From the NCBI GenBank assembly GCA_002633005.1, contig NMRA01000059.1:771150-835149 (forward strand): a stretch of DNA of 64,000 bases. The letters are read 5' to 3'. The notes under the pieces are model-generated. The model did not search any database and was not told where the DNA came from. It saw only the letters and a program-made list of their open reading frames with translations. Below, piece after piece: positions 24,601 through 39,600 of this stretch; position 1 is the first letter of the stretch, and every line of letters starts with the position of its first letter. The DNA comes from Phoronis australis (lineage: Eukaryota > Animalia > Phoronida). Made by a program: the position numbers and the translations under genes.

Positions 24601-27600
24601 TAGATCTTTACGAAGAACAGTTTAAATTTAAGATCAATTTTACAGAGGTAAGTGGTCTAAATTAAAGTTCTTTTAGTGAATAAAGGCGGGTTAATGGCCG
24701 CTTTGGTCGTCACAGATCCAAAGGTCGTCCTATAACGTCTTGTAAAATTTGTGCAAAATATTCGATAATGCCATCACTCGCACGACAGGTATGGTTAAGG
24801 CTATTAATTCATATGAATAGCCCAGAACTTGATGCTTGGTAATAATACGTGACGTTGTCAATATAGAATCTTGCAATCTTCAAACTGCAACTTAATTTAG
24901 AGATCTATACAACTGAAGTGCAGTGCTGTTCTACCATCGATTTCAATACAATTTAGTTTATCGCACTTACATCCGTCATGGTGGCCCAACCACGTTGACA
25001 ATCCGATGACAATCCTTGTCGAGACGGTGTGGTTCGTAGCAGATAGTGTCTTTGCCAAAGCACCGAGAGTTAAGCAGGCATTATGGGTGATTTTAGTGTT
25101 GTTGTGTGTCCCTGGAAATTAAACACCAAAAATTCTAAGCTTGCAATGTTAAGCTCTAAACCATGAATTCTTAGCAACATCAAATGAGGTGGAGACATGA
25201 TAGTTTTATGAATATTTACAGTGCAACTCAACATATCGGATTTATATTACATGTAGTGTATTTTATTGAGTTTAGCAGAGTAATTTAAAGCTGGCCTTGG
25301 GAAAGGAGCTTGCTACGACTTTCAGAACCGTTACTTTGTATGTAACGTGGACATTGACTCGCTATGTACATTACCGTGCTTTTCTTTGTTGGGTCCAAAA
25401 CATATAGCCCACACAGCATTGACTGTCACCTGGAAACAATAGCAGAATGTATAACGATAACACCACAATTGTCTGTAGTATTACACGCCTTATATGTGCT
25501 GGTAACATATTTTCTTTCCAAAAGCACCACTTAGCGAGCAATAATCGGCAGTTTGTTATTGCTCAAGACCAAGATGATTTGGCTTGACTTAGCTGCTACT
25601 TTTGTGGGCTGAGAGAGGCCTTTATGCAACAATTAGGACCTGATTGGTCTTTCTAAGCCCAGAAATCACTACAAGCTAGAATAAGTAAAATATTACGACC
25701 AGTTTATCAAACGTTACTGACCCAAATCGAAAGGTTAGTTTTTTAGGCAGAATCAACAGAAATTTTCACTTAAACCAGCAATCATTATTTAGGATGAATT
25801 TAGAATAGGAAGTGAATGACGTTAATAAATTCTTGATAAAATAACAATAATTTGATAGAAAATTGTTAATGGGAATTCCACTTTTTGTGCGTCCAGTTGG
25901 TAATTCGACTTTTCAAGTAAGCAAGTTAAAGAAAATAAACTTACTGTTGTTGGATTTTTCAATGCACTGTAGAGGAACAGAATTCGTCGAAGTTCCTCTG
26001 TATCTGGTTGGCTTGTGTTGATCACGTACTTGTTCAGTAGTAACTGGGCTTCAGGAGTTCCAAGATGACACAGCATGTCGATATACAAGTATCGCTCATC
26101 CACACACACGGTGTCGTTGGTGACGCATCGCTCTTTGAGTTTGTCCTCAACGAGTCGAGTGACATCTTCTGGGCTCAGGCGATCGAAGAATTCTTTTAGT
26201 TTGTGAACGCATTCGGTTCTTGCAGGTGCAACTGAAACATGTTGTCTCAGTCACCAGTGATGCTCAATGTTTCAATATTACTGACCAGAGAGTTTTAGAT
26301 TTTGGCAAAATAAAGGCTGCTTCTCACGTGACCCACATAACTTTATGTAGTGTTCTAACTACTTTCATTCCAAGTATCTGGAACATGATCTCATTCATTA
26401 CGCCCGCGTTTGCATATCGAAGTGTTTCCGTGTGCAGCCTCGCGGCAAGAGGGTTCATCGAGAGCACGTGTCCTGTTCTCATGCCAAATGACGTCGTATG
26501 GAGGTCTCAAGGTATTGTTTAACTTGTGACATCCATGCGACGCGCATCGTATGGTTATCACCTATGGGACACTAAGATTGTTTTCTTTTGTTGCGTCTTT
26601 CTTGGAAATGACAATGCAGGTCACATGGATATCGTACCGTGGAGGCAGCTGGTTACCGATAAATGCTTGCCATTATCTTTGTAACAAAAAAGTGAACAAT
26701 GGATACGCCAATTCTACCGATCTCTATGCGACCAGCTTGCGACCTAGTTTACCATGTCATGGAATAGACAAACATGTCTCGTCCTTGATAAAAATCCCTA
26801 TCATTACAGTTTTGGTAGGATATAGCCTGAAATAAGAGATAACCATTTCCATTTTGGGTCCTGACATCAAACACCGTATATCTTTGCACAAAATGAAACA
26901 CTTACACTTGTTATGTATACCGCGAATACACTCCAACGAAGAGGTGATGTTTTCAGCGACGTCTTCCAGAGGCACTTTTTTCGGTGGACTCTGAAAATCG
27001 GAAATTATAATAGCAACAAATTTTGCCCTGAACATACACTGTCTCGAAAATGCATTTTAAAATAACGGTCTTGAAAAAGCAAAATACTACTGGAAGTTGT
27101 TTATTTCAAAACAGCCACCGTATTGCCGGACCATTAGGCCCATGGGCATCTGTGCGAAACTAGGCTTATAATTGAACGTTAGGCTTATGCGCCAAAATGC
27201 GAACCACTTGGGTAAAAAAAACGCAAAAAGAAATTATTTCGGATATATGCCCATGGTTCTAAAGGAGTGGGAATGCGGTAATGAAAACGTTTTACCAAAG
27301 TTCTTGAAAATACGCAAGGATTTCCCAAGATACAGAGGGAAACAAAAATTGCCAATAGGAGGCACAACTGTAGTCAAATCGGGTGAGCATATATGCAAGC
27401 GAATGTATGGGCCTGAGCAGGGTACATTAACTGGGCTTGAAATACTCGGGCGAATGTGTCAATTATGCGAATTGCTTGGTTAAAAAAGGCTGCGAAAAAG
27501 GCATTCTTTTCGACATAAACCAATGGACCTTAAGTCGCGGCAATGGGTAGTGCCTTCTCTCGAAAATTACTTTGTGATTTACTCCTCCTATCCTTATAGA

Positions 27601-30600
27601 ATCGGTCTCAAATTCGTCTTTACTCAGATTAGAATCGGTTTCTGGTCTTGGAAAAACTGATATTATTTTACTGCAGAAGACCAGTTGCTCATCTTATGCG
27701 CCAAATATGGGCTCAATTCTACCAGACTGTTAGGTCTTTCCGAGTCCACACATGTAGTTGAATCTAAGAACAAAATTGAGACCAATTTAGTGACTTAAAC
27801 CGAAAGACATGTTGTCAGAAGGTGGACTTATTCATAACAACTTTAAGCGAAATTAGCGCACCGGTTTTACGACGATCGAATCATGCTGCAGCCCTTGATG
27901 AAGCGATGGTTGCTCGCCATGACGACTGGAAAAAAACGAAAGAAAATAAAACAATTAAAATCGCATGTAATGATATTCGTCTAGAACTGTAAATCTTCTA
28001 TAGGGAACCAAACCGTAAAAGTTCATCCAGATGCTTTGACCAAACCAATATCTCCTACTCACATTTTGCTGTGCAGAACAACCTTGACAGTTGAGGCGCT
28101 CTTTATTCTAGGAAACTCTGAAAGAAAAAGCAGGCTTAAATGATTTCGCCAGTGACAATTTTGCTGCTTCAGTCAAAAATGCTAAATAGTGAATGATTGC
28201 TTGTCATGCCGAATAGAGTCTCGTTCCATTAATTCTAATCTTTTTCCTCATATTTCCTTAGCAACATTTTTGCATTACACTCATAAAGAGGGTCCTCTCA
28301 TAGTCTGTCTCAGCAAGTTCATTTCCCTCAATAGAAATCTCGCTGGTAATGGAAGTAGCATAACACGTTCTTGCACTGTTCTCGGAAAATATCGGACACT
28401 TGTCAAGTTTATCCAATGTGCTCTCATCGCAGTTGTAGCCCACAGCACAACAGTAAAACTTCACTGGCATTGCAGGCTCGAATACAGATAACTGCTTGAC
28501 TCATTTAGCATTTTGGGTAAATTCGGTGAGATTTAAGGGCACCGTCCTATCACACATGTACTTGATAAGGGACTTGATGTTGGTCAGGCAAGGAGGCTGT
28601 ACACATAGAGTCTCTTGGCATGTCTTGGTGTGTGGCTGTACACATAGAGTCTCTTGGCACGTCTTGCTGTCTGTGTAAATTCTGATGCTTTGCAGTACGA
28701 AAGAACTTACAGAGTATGTGTATCTCCTGTTTTCCTCATAATTAAACAAATGTACCCAGTCCACTCACATATGGCTCGTGGTGTTTAACCTTAGGGTGTG
28801 AAAACGTGGTTTTTCAGAAGAGAAAAAGTAGTGAAAAAACGAAGACCCCAACATGAATTGTTTTAACAATGTAGGTTCACGGCACTGCCCACCATTGGTG
28901 TATCACCTTGCTGTAAAGATCAATCGAACATGAGTCGGAAATTTACTGTTTGTACCTGTGTGATCCATAGAAAATGGTGTTTTAATATCTGTTTAAGAAC
29001 AGTCTGAAGGAGACATGCCCGTTTTACCCTTTTCCCAAAACGAGGCAGATTGTGCAAGAAAAAGCGATGATATCTCACTCCACGAATAAATTGATTTCTA
29101 TTACAAAGCACGCCACCTAGGGCGTGAGCAAGTAGAAAGTGTACAAAGACACCAAATTTGATGGGGTTGTTCAACCCATTCAAAACTGTTTCTATTCAAG
29201 TTGTACCAAGTGACTCGCTAATTCCCTTTATTACTAGAAACCAAGTGCTGTTCCTTAAAATAAACATTGACACATAATTGTGTGACTTAATTTCGTGATT
29301 TACATTTTTATGTCATGAATGGGAATGAAATGCACCTAACATTTAAAAGTGAAGCCATCTTTCTGAAGCACTGAAACGCTGTTTTACCCATTCCGTTTGT
29401 GACTACCATTTTTTCAAAACGATGTTCATAAAACGTATTTTCGAATGAGCACATTTGCATTTCGGTGATGTTTAATGGTTCATTTGCTGAAGTCCATGAG
29501 AGACCGCGCAACGTCGCTAACTCAAGAAAGGAAATTCCAGTGTTTTATTCAATTTTTCTGTATTTTGTTTCCTCAACTACATGTCTCAAAACTTTCATAC
29601 TTTTATTTGTTGAGGACGTTTGAAAGACTGTGGTTTTGAGCAAAGCTGATATAAGACCCGCAATCAGAAAAAGTTCTTTTTTCATTTCTACCATTTACCG
29701 TCAAAAGAATTGATCTTAAAAGTTCTCGACTTATTCATATCAAAGTAGTTAACGGATTGAGAAAAACTGGCAATTCGCTATTGCAAGAGACCAGTTATGG
29801 CAAGTTCGCTCGGACTCGGTTGGTCATTTCATGCGCCGTAAAAAGGTCTCCCATCAATATCGAACTACATTTATGCCCAGAAATTACGAATGAATAAGTG
29901 TGATAACGATACCTGTAGTAAATCAAACGTTAGTCTTTTGAAGGCGATGTTGTAACATCTTTAAGTGATAGTGAAATTCATGATTGTGTCAAAGCACAAA
30001 CATCTTGCTACACACTTGTTCAAATGGTTACACTCACAAGCATAACTTAGATTTGAATGTCAAATTAAGTCAAAGAAGGCACGTTAGACCAGGGTTGGGA
30101 TGCAAAGTCAGTATACTTACCCCTATCACTTGTTCCTTCAAACGAATATTCTCCCGGCTGAGGCTTCCTGTGAACGGAAAACACAGACAACATTTAGTGA
30201 CGTGGAAAAAAGNTCTATTCAAGTTGTACCAAGTGACTCGCTAATTCCCTTCAATACTAGAAACCAAGTGCTGTTCCTTAAAAGAAACGTTGACACATAA
30301 TTGTGTGACTTAATTTCGTGATTTTCATGTTTATGTCATGAATGGGAATGAAATGCACCTAACATTTAAAAGTGAAGCCATCTTTCTGAAGCACTGAAAC
30401 GCAGTTTTACCCATTCCGTTTGTGACTACCATTTTTTCAAAACGATGTTCATAAAACGTATTTTCGAATGAGCACATTTGCATTTCGGTGATGTTTAATG
30501 GTTCATTTGTTCAAATTCGGTGATGTTCAATGGTTCATTTGTTCAAAAATTATGAGCTTTAAGAAAAGCTACACTTACGTTTGGAGTAGATGTAGCAAAC

Positions 30601-33600
30601 ATTTGTTTGAGACAAAATACAGACAAATTGAGACAAAATACAGACAAATTGAGACAAAATACAGACAAATTGAGACAAAATACAGACAAATTGAGACAAA
30701 ATACAGACAAATTGAGACAAAATACAGACAAATCGAGTCAGGTACTGGAATTTGCTTTCTTGAGTTAGCGACGTTGCGTCGTCTGTCTCTGAGTTTTCTG
30801 AATAAACAAGGTGGATTAAGGCTCCGTCTGTCGCACTTATGGGATTAAAAGAGTCCTGACCTCGACTGCCGCACAGTCTGGTAAAAACTCCACCTATTGG
30901 CCAGAACGATTATAACATCACTAGCCGACAAAAGCTGAAGTCCATGAGAGACCGCGCAACGTCGCTAACTCAAGAAAGGAAATTCCAGTGTTTTACTCAA
31001 TTTTTCTGTATTTGTTTCCTCAACTAGATGTCTCAAAACTTTCATACTTTTATTTGTTGAGTACGTTTGAAAGACTGTGGTTTTGAGCAAAGCTGATATA
31101 AGACCCGCAATCAGAAAAAGTTCTTTTTTTCATTTCTACCATTTACCGTCAAAAGAATTGATCTTAAAAGTTCTCGACTTATTCATATCAAAGTAGTTAA
31201 CGGATTGAGAAAAACTGGCAATTCGCTATTGCACGAGACCAGTTATGGCAAGTTCCCTCGGACTCGGTTGGTCATTTCATGCGCCGTAAAAAGGTCTCCC
31301 ATCAATATCGAACTACATTTATGCCCAGAAATTACGAATGAATAAGTGTGATAACGATAACTGTAGTAAATCAAACGTTAGTCTTTGAAGGCGAAGTTGT
31401 AACATCTTTAAGTGATAGTGAAATTCATGATTGTGTCAAAGCACAAACATCTTGCTACACACTTGTTCAAATGGTTACACTCACAAGCATAACTTAGATT
31501 TGAATGTCAAATTAAGTCAAAGAAGGCACGTTAGACCAGGGTTGGGATGCAAAGTCAGTATACTTACCCCTATCACTTGTTCCTTCAAACGAATATTCTC
31601 CCGGCTGAGGCCTCCTGTAAACGGAAAACACAGACAACATTTAGTGACGTGGAAAAAAGTAAGAAAGAACAACAAAAGTAGCATCAAAGCCATGATTTCT
31701 GTCAAAAACACTTTTGATTGAGGCCAGTAACAGTTAAAAAATAGTCTCATCTTGCACTTTTGCTCATTTTAGAATTGGTCTATGGGCTCCCGAAGAACTG
31801 ACAGCTCGTTATTGTTTCAGATCAAGCTCAATAGGCGTCAGGTACGACGGGAGTGCTTCAGTTCAGACTCGATCGAGTTGTATTTGTCTAGGTCAATTAT
31901 TGTAAACAATTTCACTTCGACATGGAGGCATAATGCCGTTGTGGAAGCGTACACACGTGAATATTCCTGAGAAACAAAAAGTTGTTTTGAACAGGAGGAC
32001 ATGGCATACGTAGGCGCTTTACGAAAGGCTGCACTCACTCTTTTTATCTTTGACTCAGAGATAAAATCATTGCTCACAATACCTGTGCTCCAATTCGTGC
32101 AGCTGAGATTTGCTCTATCAGTGGCAAACGAATATTTAATCAATCATTAAACACATTAATAATTTCCAAAACTAACTTAACATTATGTGTCCAGGATCAA
32201 AGCTTCGAACTCATACTCGATTCAGACAAAATCAGACAGACTTGGACTGGAAATTTCACCCATCACGTCCGCATGATTCCAGCGAAAATACGTGTAGTGT
32301 AAGCTTATTCGAAGTATGGCAATCAATTTTCGAGTACAAAGATTAGACCCCGGACCCTGATAGGTAGCGTCACCTGGTGGGTGGCTCAGGAGCTTTCTGC
32401 AGCGTTATCCTATCTTCTGTTGTAACATCTTTTACTTCTTTTTCAGGAGACAAGTTAAGTTGCTATAAAAAATAAAAATGTGTGCAGTTAGCATTTTTCG
32501 AGGATTTCCAGTGACAAGGTAATGCGTCGACTGTAGACCTGAGATACTGGCTGTTACGGGAAAAAAAGTTAAAAGAAAGGTTTTAATTGACTGTCCAAGT
32601 TAATGAACATACATGTTTTGCATAACAATAGATGGTCAATCTTCATTTTTACGACAATTAAGTATGACGTTTACACAACTGATGCAATAAAATTCATCGC
32701 TGTTCGTGTTTATAAAGTTTATACGTAGTCAAAAACCGCCAGTTTCGAGTCCGATTTAATGCAACCCACAGAGTGAATAGACAGAGCCTGTTCCGCAATA
32801 CGTGAGACGTACTCACTAATGAAGTTTACTGAGATAACTGGTTATATGTGAATGCATGGCGATACTTCGTCATCGCAAGATACAAACTTGAGGAACACCT
32901 CCCACGCTGGACTATGTACAAAAAGTTTATCCACGGCCTTGTCCCCAAGCATCAAGATGTCGCTGATAACGTTTTTACGGAAATCGCCAGAATATCACGA
33001 GTAATATAGGTTATGTCAACTTTGACATTTTCTGCAGTATAACACAGAAATGAAAACTAACGGTCTATTGAAGCGATATAGGTCTAAATTATTGCAAAGA
33101 TGATGTATTTGGATTCGAAAACAATTTAATTTTTATGATACTGTTAAAAAAAAAGAAAATGAAAATAAGAGCACGAAAAACCTTTATTTCAAACAGTAAC
33201 TAAAACAATGCCTTCTACGTCATGAATGGCAGCAACAACGCCTGTGAAAACAATTGAAATTTGCCATGCCTGAATGAAGCGGCCAGTCACTGCGCAGAAG
33301 TTATTTTCCATAACCAAGCCTTAAATGGATAAACCGATCAGCGCCATCTTTAAGCCTGGGAACGAGACTGGTTTATCTTGAGTTTCACGAGGTCACACAA
33401 GACCACGCAAAATCACGCGACTGAAAGGCGAGTGCCTCCGCGAGCACGCTCGAGCACATACTAGGGTACACCAGCTAAAAGCGAGCTCTGACGTGATTCG
33501 TGTAGAAACTGGATTGTTTAATGATCGGACAAAATTTACGTTCTAAAAGCAATGATTTCTCGCTGCAAGGGCCTCGCGAGTCTCTCTCATGACCGGGGTA

Positions 33601-36600
33601 GGGTTCAGTAGCTGTCTCGCGGCTATAAAAATCCTCGCTGGTTCCCTGCGTGTTGAGATTACACGCAGGTAACAGGCAGTAGCACGCGCTTTATCACTGG
33701 TTGATATATATTCTCGGCAGTCATTGGTTAGCTTTACAACAAAGTGAGAAAATGGCGGACTATGAACTATTTTTAGCTTTGTCATGAAATTGGCGTAGCA
33801 GCAACTATTTCGTTTCTGTAGTAATATTTAATAGCCGCGTGCTTGAAGCGCATACATGTGCAATAAACCCACATCTAGCCGATTTAACTCGTATGTTATA
33901 CATACTGTTTGAATAAAGGACAGCCACGTAAACAATAGTAGTGACAGTAGAAAGATGCACTCCGAAAAGGTGTAAACACAATTTTCTGGGATTCACATTT
34001 TTAACATGAATATTAAGCACGGATTTGTCTGTACAACAGACCACATATACATTTCCTCCATCGGTAATGCTAATTTGTTTGCGTAAAGCGCTACCTGTTG
34101 GGAATTCGACTAGCCAATCAGAAACGTCGGTGTACAAAAATTTTCCGAGAAAAATTAAATGTTACCTGCGTGCAGGCTACCGGCCACCTTGCGGCCAGCA
34201 GGGAAGCAGCGACATAAAACTCAAGCCAAAAACAGTCACGTGTTTGCATTATAAATACACGGGAAATATCTAGCGTAATACTTCGAAGGGTTGCTTTTTA
34301 GCGAGGTCCTAGCGAAGTCCTGGCGTTACTGGACTACCTTGATCATTGTATTCGTTTAAAGAGTCAAACCTTTTGATGATAACGCTCTGCATCCGTTATG
34401 CTGTTGTGGTACCTTCGCAGGTGAATGGCGTTGTCATGGAGACGCTGGACGAAATATTGGTGCTCGCGGGTCCCGCTGTGATCGGTGTCGTTATATTTAT
34501 AAGTCCAGATGTTTTTTGTCTCGTCCTGAATAAGAATCCCATTATAGACAGCTTCACTGTTTGCATTCGCAATGTGCTACGAGAAAGATTTGTGGTTTTT
34601 GCGTTTCAATTGGCATTTTTCTGGCATGGCCAAGAAGGTTTATGTTACAACTGTACAAATTAGGAACTCGAAGAACCGTCTATTTCAATTTAAACTGGAA
34701 TTGGTTGATCACTTATAAAAGGTAGATATAAATACACATGGTGGCATTAACATTAAATTTGATGGTTAGCCAACCTACACTCATCCTTTCGAGACATGTC
34801 TTTTTAAAGACAGATAAATTGGTACACTGCATGCACAATGGATTGTGGTACATCGTTCTTCACAGAAGACGCAACAAACATTTCAAGTCAGTTGTTAGCA
34901 AGAGGAGTGAATTTCCCGCAGATTTCTCTTCCGGGATGCGTACGCAAGTTGAAAGAAAACCCAAGAATATTAAAGCACATAAGACAGTTACATGGTGATG
35001 ACGACGTAGACAGGATATAGAATTTATATAGATACCCGTATTCTAAAAGTGGCGAATTTGGCGGTAATGAGATAAAATGTCATTTTTAGGATTACCTGTA
35101 CGTGTACGGAGAATATGCTGGTTACAGCTTTTTTCAAACTGATGACTTCATCCTCGTCTTCCTTGTGATAATGGACAAATTTTATCTCTCCACTGTCATC
35201 GTGGTGAAACAAGAACCTGTCAAACAACAAATTGATAGACACGTGTAGTTGTCCCTAATGAAATCGGTAGGTCAGCTTGCTTTCAAATGAATATACTCCA
35301 GAAAATGTCTTTCGTGATGGACGGGGAGCTTATAGTCCCCTTAAAAGGATACTGGACTGTGCATGTCACCCGGACCTGTTGCACAATTAATACATGTATT
35401 TGCCCTCAAACATAGAATGCCCTATTCAGTCCAAAGACTTCCTCAAAATTGTTATTGCGTTTCGAAGAGGTCGGTTTTTCACCCCAGTTGTCGATTAATT
35501 CGCCTACACCTTTAGTCACATTTGCTGACTTAACAGACTTCGTCAGGAGATTTCGACTTGTGCAAACGTTTGAAAAAAGACGAGAGTAATAGAATAATGT
35601 CATGTGGAATGATATTTATTATGTCCTTCGACAATTTAACTTTTAGCACAAAATACTGCAATCTAACCATAATTTATACAGAAGAACGTCGCAAGCGGAG
35701 GAGATTAAAGTAAAATGTAGACATTTCTCCACTATGAGACTGTACGCAAACTGTTCCATAGTCAAATTAGATGCGATTTCAGGGGTTTGAAAAAACTGCC
35801 AGTTCATTACTGTTTATGAGCCGGCTCTACAAGTTGTCTCGTCACAGCGTATCGCTTCGTGCGCCGGGCATGGTCTCAAGGAATACCGAACTGACAGGTC
35901 TTCGCAAATCCAAAAATAACTGCTTTATCGGCAATTGGTAAAAGTCAAATGTTCACGTCTTGAACGACTCAAAAGGGCCGCATAAACTCGTGTGTTGATA
36001 CGTTTACCGTAGTCTAAGCAGTTCATTACAGACACTACACAACCTCAAAAGAATGCACGACAGGACAGCTGTCGTGCTGGTCCAATATGCCTGTCTTCTT
36101 GGTATACTTTTCAAAATCATATTTATTACTCTTTCATTTTTGTGAATATGTTAGAGAATTCAAACCGTACTACAATTTGCTCCGTTCCTAACCAACCACT
36201 GTAATTCTTATTTCAACAATATACGGTATAGTCAATTCCCATAATTTGTTTATTCGCAAGTACGCTTAAAACGCCAGTTAATTTAAGTTATAACATGTTA
36301 AGAGGTCACTCTCTTTATAACCACATACACTGTATAAGTTGTTTTTCGAATAAAGCTCCATGAAAACAAGATACGCTTCTCCGAATCCATTATATACCAT
36401 CTGTTCTCGCATGGCTGATCAATTGCTCAAAAACTGTAACCGAGAATGTTATGTGTTAAACTTACGGGCGAGACAGCACCCAATTCAGAGGGTTGTAGGA
36501 TGCTGAAACAAATGGAAAGAACGATTAGAAAAAGCAAATTTTAGCTTGAAGCAGTATTTTGCAAGACACAGATCTAATGAAACGCCTGGAGACTGTCGAT

Positions 36601-39600
36601 ATCTCTTACTCAACAGGACACAAGCGAACACCTGTTGTTGAGCGAAAAACTTGTCAATGCTCAATCACTGGTGAACCAAAGGAAGGGAATTTGATTTTTT
36701 CATTGTCATGGCTTGACAACATAAAGTTATCTCATTTGCTTTTGGAAGGACACAATCGGTTTTACGGCCGAAAAAACGCGTTTTGGGATCATTGTTAGGT
36801 AGGGTTGACTTTTTGAAGTTGGTCACAACGATAAAACAGCAAAACATGCTTTGTTTTTGTGGTTTTGCTAAAATCACCGATTTTTTACAAGAGCTTCGAG
36901 ACATTTGGTTGCTGAGGTGATGGGTTCGAATCCGTTTTAGGGCTTATCTCAAGCACACAAAGTTTTCACCGGCTATGTCACTTTGAAAAAATGCCAAATT
37001 ATGTCTAAGCTGTGAACGTTGATAAATTTATTTCAAGCGTGAAGCATTGCGATGAAAAGGGACGTGATCATTAGCGTCACGGATCGCTAATTTCATTGGC
37101 TGTTCAAGTAAAACGAGAAACAACCTAGATACATTAATTTTTTCATCTCACGACACCTTCAGCTGTAAATTGGGCGAACGCTGCAAGCAATCGACAACAG
37201 GTCAAATACTGTAGGAAGGCAATCAGTTTTGTGTGTGGCATACAATTGGCATAATTTAAAGTACTGGGGCTTGTACCAAGAAACCAACTTCACTTCATTT
37301 TTGACTTAAGTCAAAGATTTGTCTCAAGTTTCAAACTTTAAACTCCCACACCCGGTACGTTAGTCACAATTGGGACAAAAACTTAAGATAAAAACTTAAG
37401 TCAAACTTAAGATCTCTTTTTTGAAACGGACTTGAGACAAATTTAAATTTTATCTTAAAATTGACTGAAACTTAAAATTTGTCTTAGCTAAGTCACTTTT
37501 CTTGTAACGTAGGCTTGGTCTATGTTAGCTTTCTGATGCTTTTTAAATCGAAATAAACATTTGCCTTTCTTCAATGTTAGGGTTTGAACAATACAGTACA
37601 CTGGGATAATACTCGGCGCTCAACAAACCTTGCTTTGTTGCTTTACCAAAAAGAATTCAATCTGTCAAGCTTGCGTATGCTTTGACTTCCCCTTATAACT
37701 TGTAATCAAGAGGTAGGCTGCGTTCCATAGACGCAAGCATTTCATGAATATTGCTAGTGTGACCAAGGAGTGTATTGTACTGCACTCCTTGGTGTTATCA
37801 CGAGCTTTGCCTTGCTTGCGATATCTCGCATATTCTGACGTGATCTTGTATTTTCGGGAGGTCCGTGCGTCTACAGAGCGCAGGTTCTTCACATGACAAT
37901 TCTTATTATAACATTTTATCTTCTGAAATTATTTCAGAAGATAGAGAGCCCCGCTGTGCGGCCGCCTTCCGGTGAAGCATCAATATTACTATAAGTGGTC
38001 CCACTTTTGAGGCCCGAAATTCAATTTCTTGCCTATGTCATCTTAATAAGAATAAGTCATTTTAAATAATAAATTGTTAATAACTAATGTTGGTTTTGGT
38101 ACTGTTTGAAAATGCAATAATGTCGTCTACCTTCCACTGCATTTTGTTATTGCTGTTTATGAATTCATAAAGTCACGCGAAAAGCACGACACCTGCCACG
38201 GTATGCAAAACCTCAAATAATTCACATATTACGAGTCTCTAACTAAAGGCTTTTTCACACCAGACCGTTCACGGCAGGTCCAAGCCCAACCTGGAACTCT
38301 TCAAGAAGCCGCGGACGAAAACGGACGCATATATTTTAATGCGACATTGTTAATGGGATCATTTTTTCCCTATGCAGTTCCTGCTCAATTTTAGCCTATT
38401 GTGTCCAAATTCTGAAGTGCGTAGTGTGTACTACTTCAGTGTAAGGGCACGTGCACTCTCAGTGTACTACTTCAGTGTAAGGGCACGTGCACACTCAGTG
38501 TACTACTTCAGTGTAAGGGCACGTGCACTCTCAGTGTACTACTTCAGTGTAAGGGCACGTGCACTCTCACACCACTGCGATTTCGTAAACGGGTTAAAAC
38601 TGAGCGGAAACGCACTCGGAGTAATTTGTACGTTCTGTATCAGAACTCCGTTGACAACGCCACATTTTGTGGAGGCATCATTTTGACAAAATTTGGAATT
38701 TCTGAGCGCCACAATCCCGATTTATGATGGTGCTAAGACGGGTTTGGACGTCGTGGTATGACAGGTCATACTCGGATCAAATGAGGGTTACAAGGTCCGG
38801 ACTTTACCCAGGTCGGTCACATTCACCTTGCACTAACAGAAACATCTAGAGCATTCACTGTGTTTTTCCTTTCTCGAGCCCCCCTGCACAGAGTCACGGA
38901 TCCCCAGTTTCGTATCTAAACTATCGTTTCCGCTCTCACCTAAGCCTTGCTCCGTTCTCTGGAAGACACTTTCAACAAACAACTGGTTCAAGCTTCCATC
39001 GTCTGTCTTGTTCAAGCGCCTTATTCTAATCTGTAACGGTAACATATAACGGTTTTCGTAATTTCAGTTCTGTCATCATTCCTCACTTTTGTACAATACA
39101 ACTAGACCATATTGTTTCCGAAATCGTCCGTTCTCAAAACATACAATATGTACATTTTGGGTGACCTCTTAGAGGTTATTACCATTACTGTCCTCTTCAA
39201 AACATGGTTCTCACCGACATTCATAAACTGTTTAAAACCGTACGCCGGTTGTTACAGGCTACTTTTCCGTTTCGTACGCACTTGAATAAATTACGTAGGC
39301 GAGATCTTACGAAAATCACTTTTTAAAATCGTGGAGCAGTGTAGATATATAACAAAAATAGCGTAAAATAAAATTTCAATGTTCAACTGAGAATCAGTGG
39401 GATTCTTCTTATTTCAAGAATCACAAAGTTTGTGTTACAGAGTTTAGAAGTTAGAAAAAGTACCAGACTCTTTGCAGACAAACACAAGTTTCTAGCTTTG
39501 TAACCAAACGCAGTGATGTTGTGCACTGTCAGCGCAGATATTGAAAGAGATAGAAAGGAAGAGAGACAGGAAGACAAGAAATCTGAGCTTCAAAATAGCG

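Larger units (their letters stand above)
29191..31659. repeat. Near-identical tandem segment pair (29191-30212 and 30214-31659) joined at a single n; likely two haplotypes
   Basis: Both copies start tctattcaagttgtaccaag and end gacgtggaaaaaag. The second copy carries 425 extra bp. Confidence 0.85.

Noticed and set aside
28770-28790. Possible micro-exon with gtgagt donor
   Set aside because: No frame is compatible with exons 7 and 8, which already join in phase.
31838-31967. Candidate exon EYSRVYASTTALCLHVEVK...
   Set aside because: Its phases do not fit. Exon 6 (phase 2) joins exon 7 directly.
36905-36945. GGTTCGAATCC B-box suggesting a tRNA or SINE
   Set aside because: No cloverleaf or clear A-box; at most a decayed SINE head.
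38424-38570. 36-bp repeats of CRISPR-like length (also the 21-bp array at 30608)
   Set aside because: Head-to-tail units with no unique spacers, no cas genes, and a eukaryotic intron context.
38798-38822. Alternative micro-exon candidate (VQGECDRP) for gene A exon 3
   Set aside because: Phase-compatible but with weaker splice context. The 36466-36502 exon gives the more LLT-like LSRPFLF.
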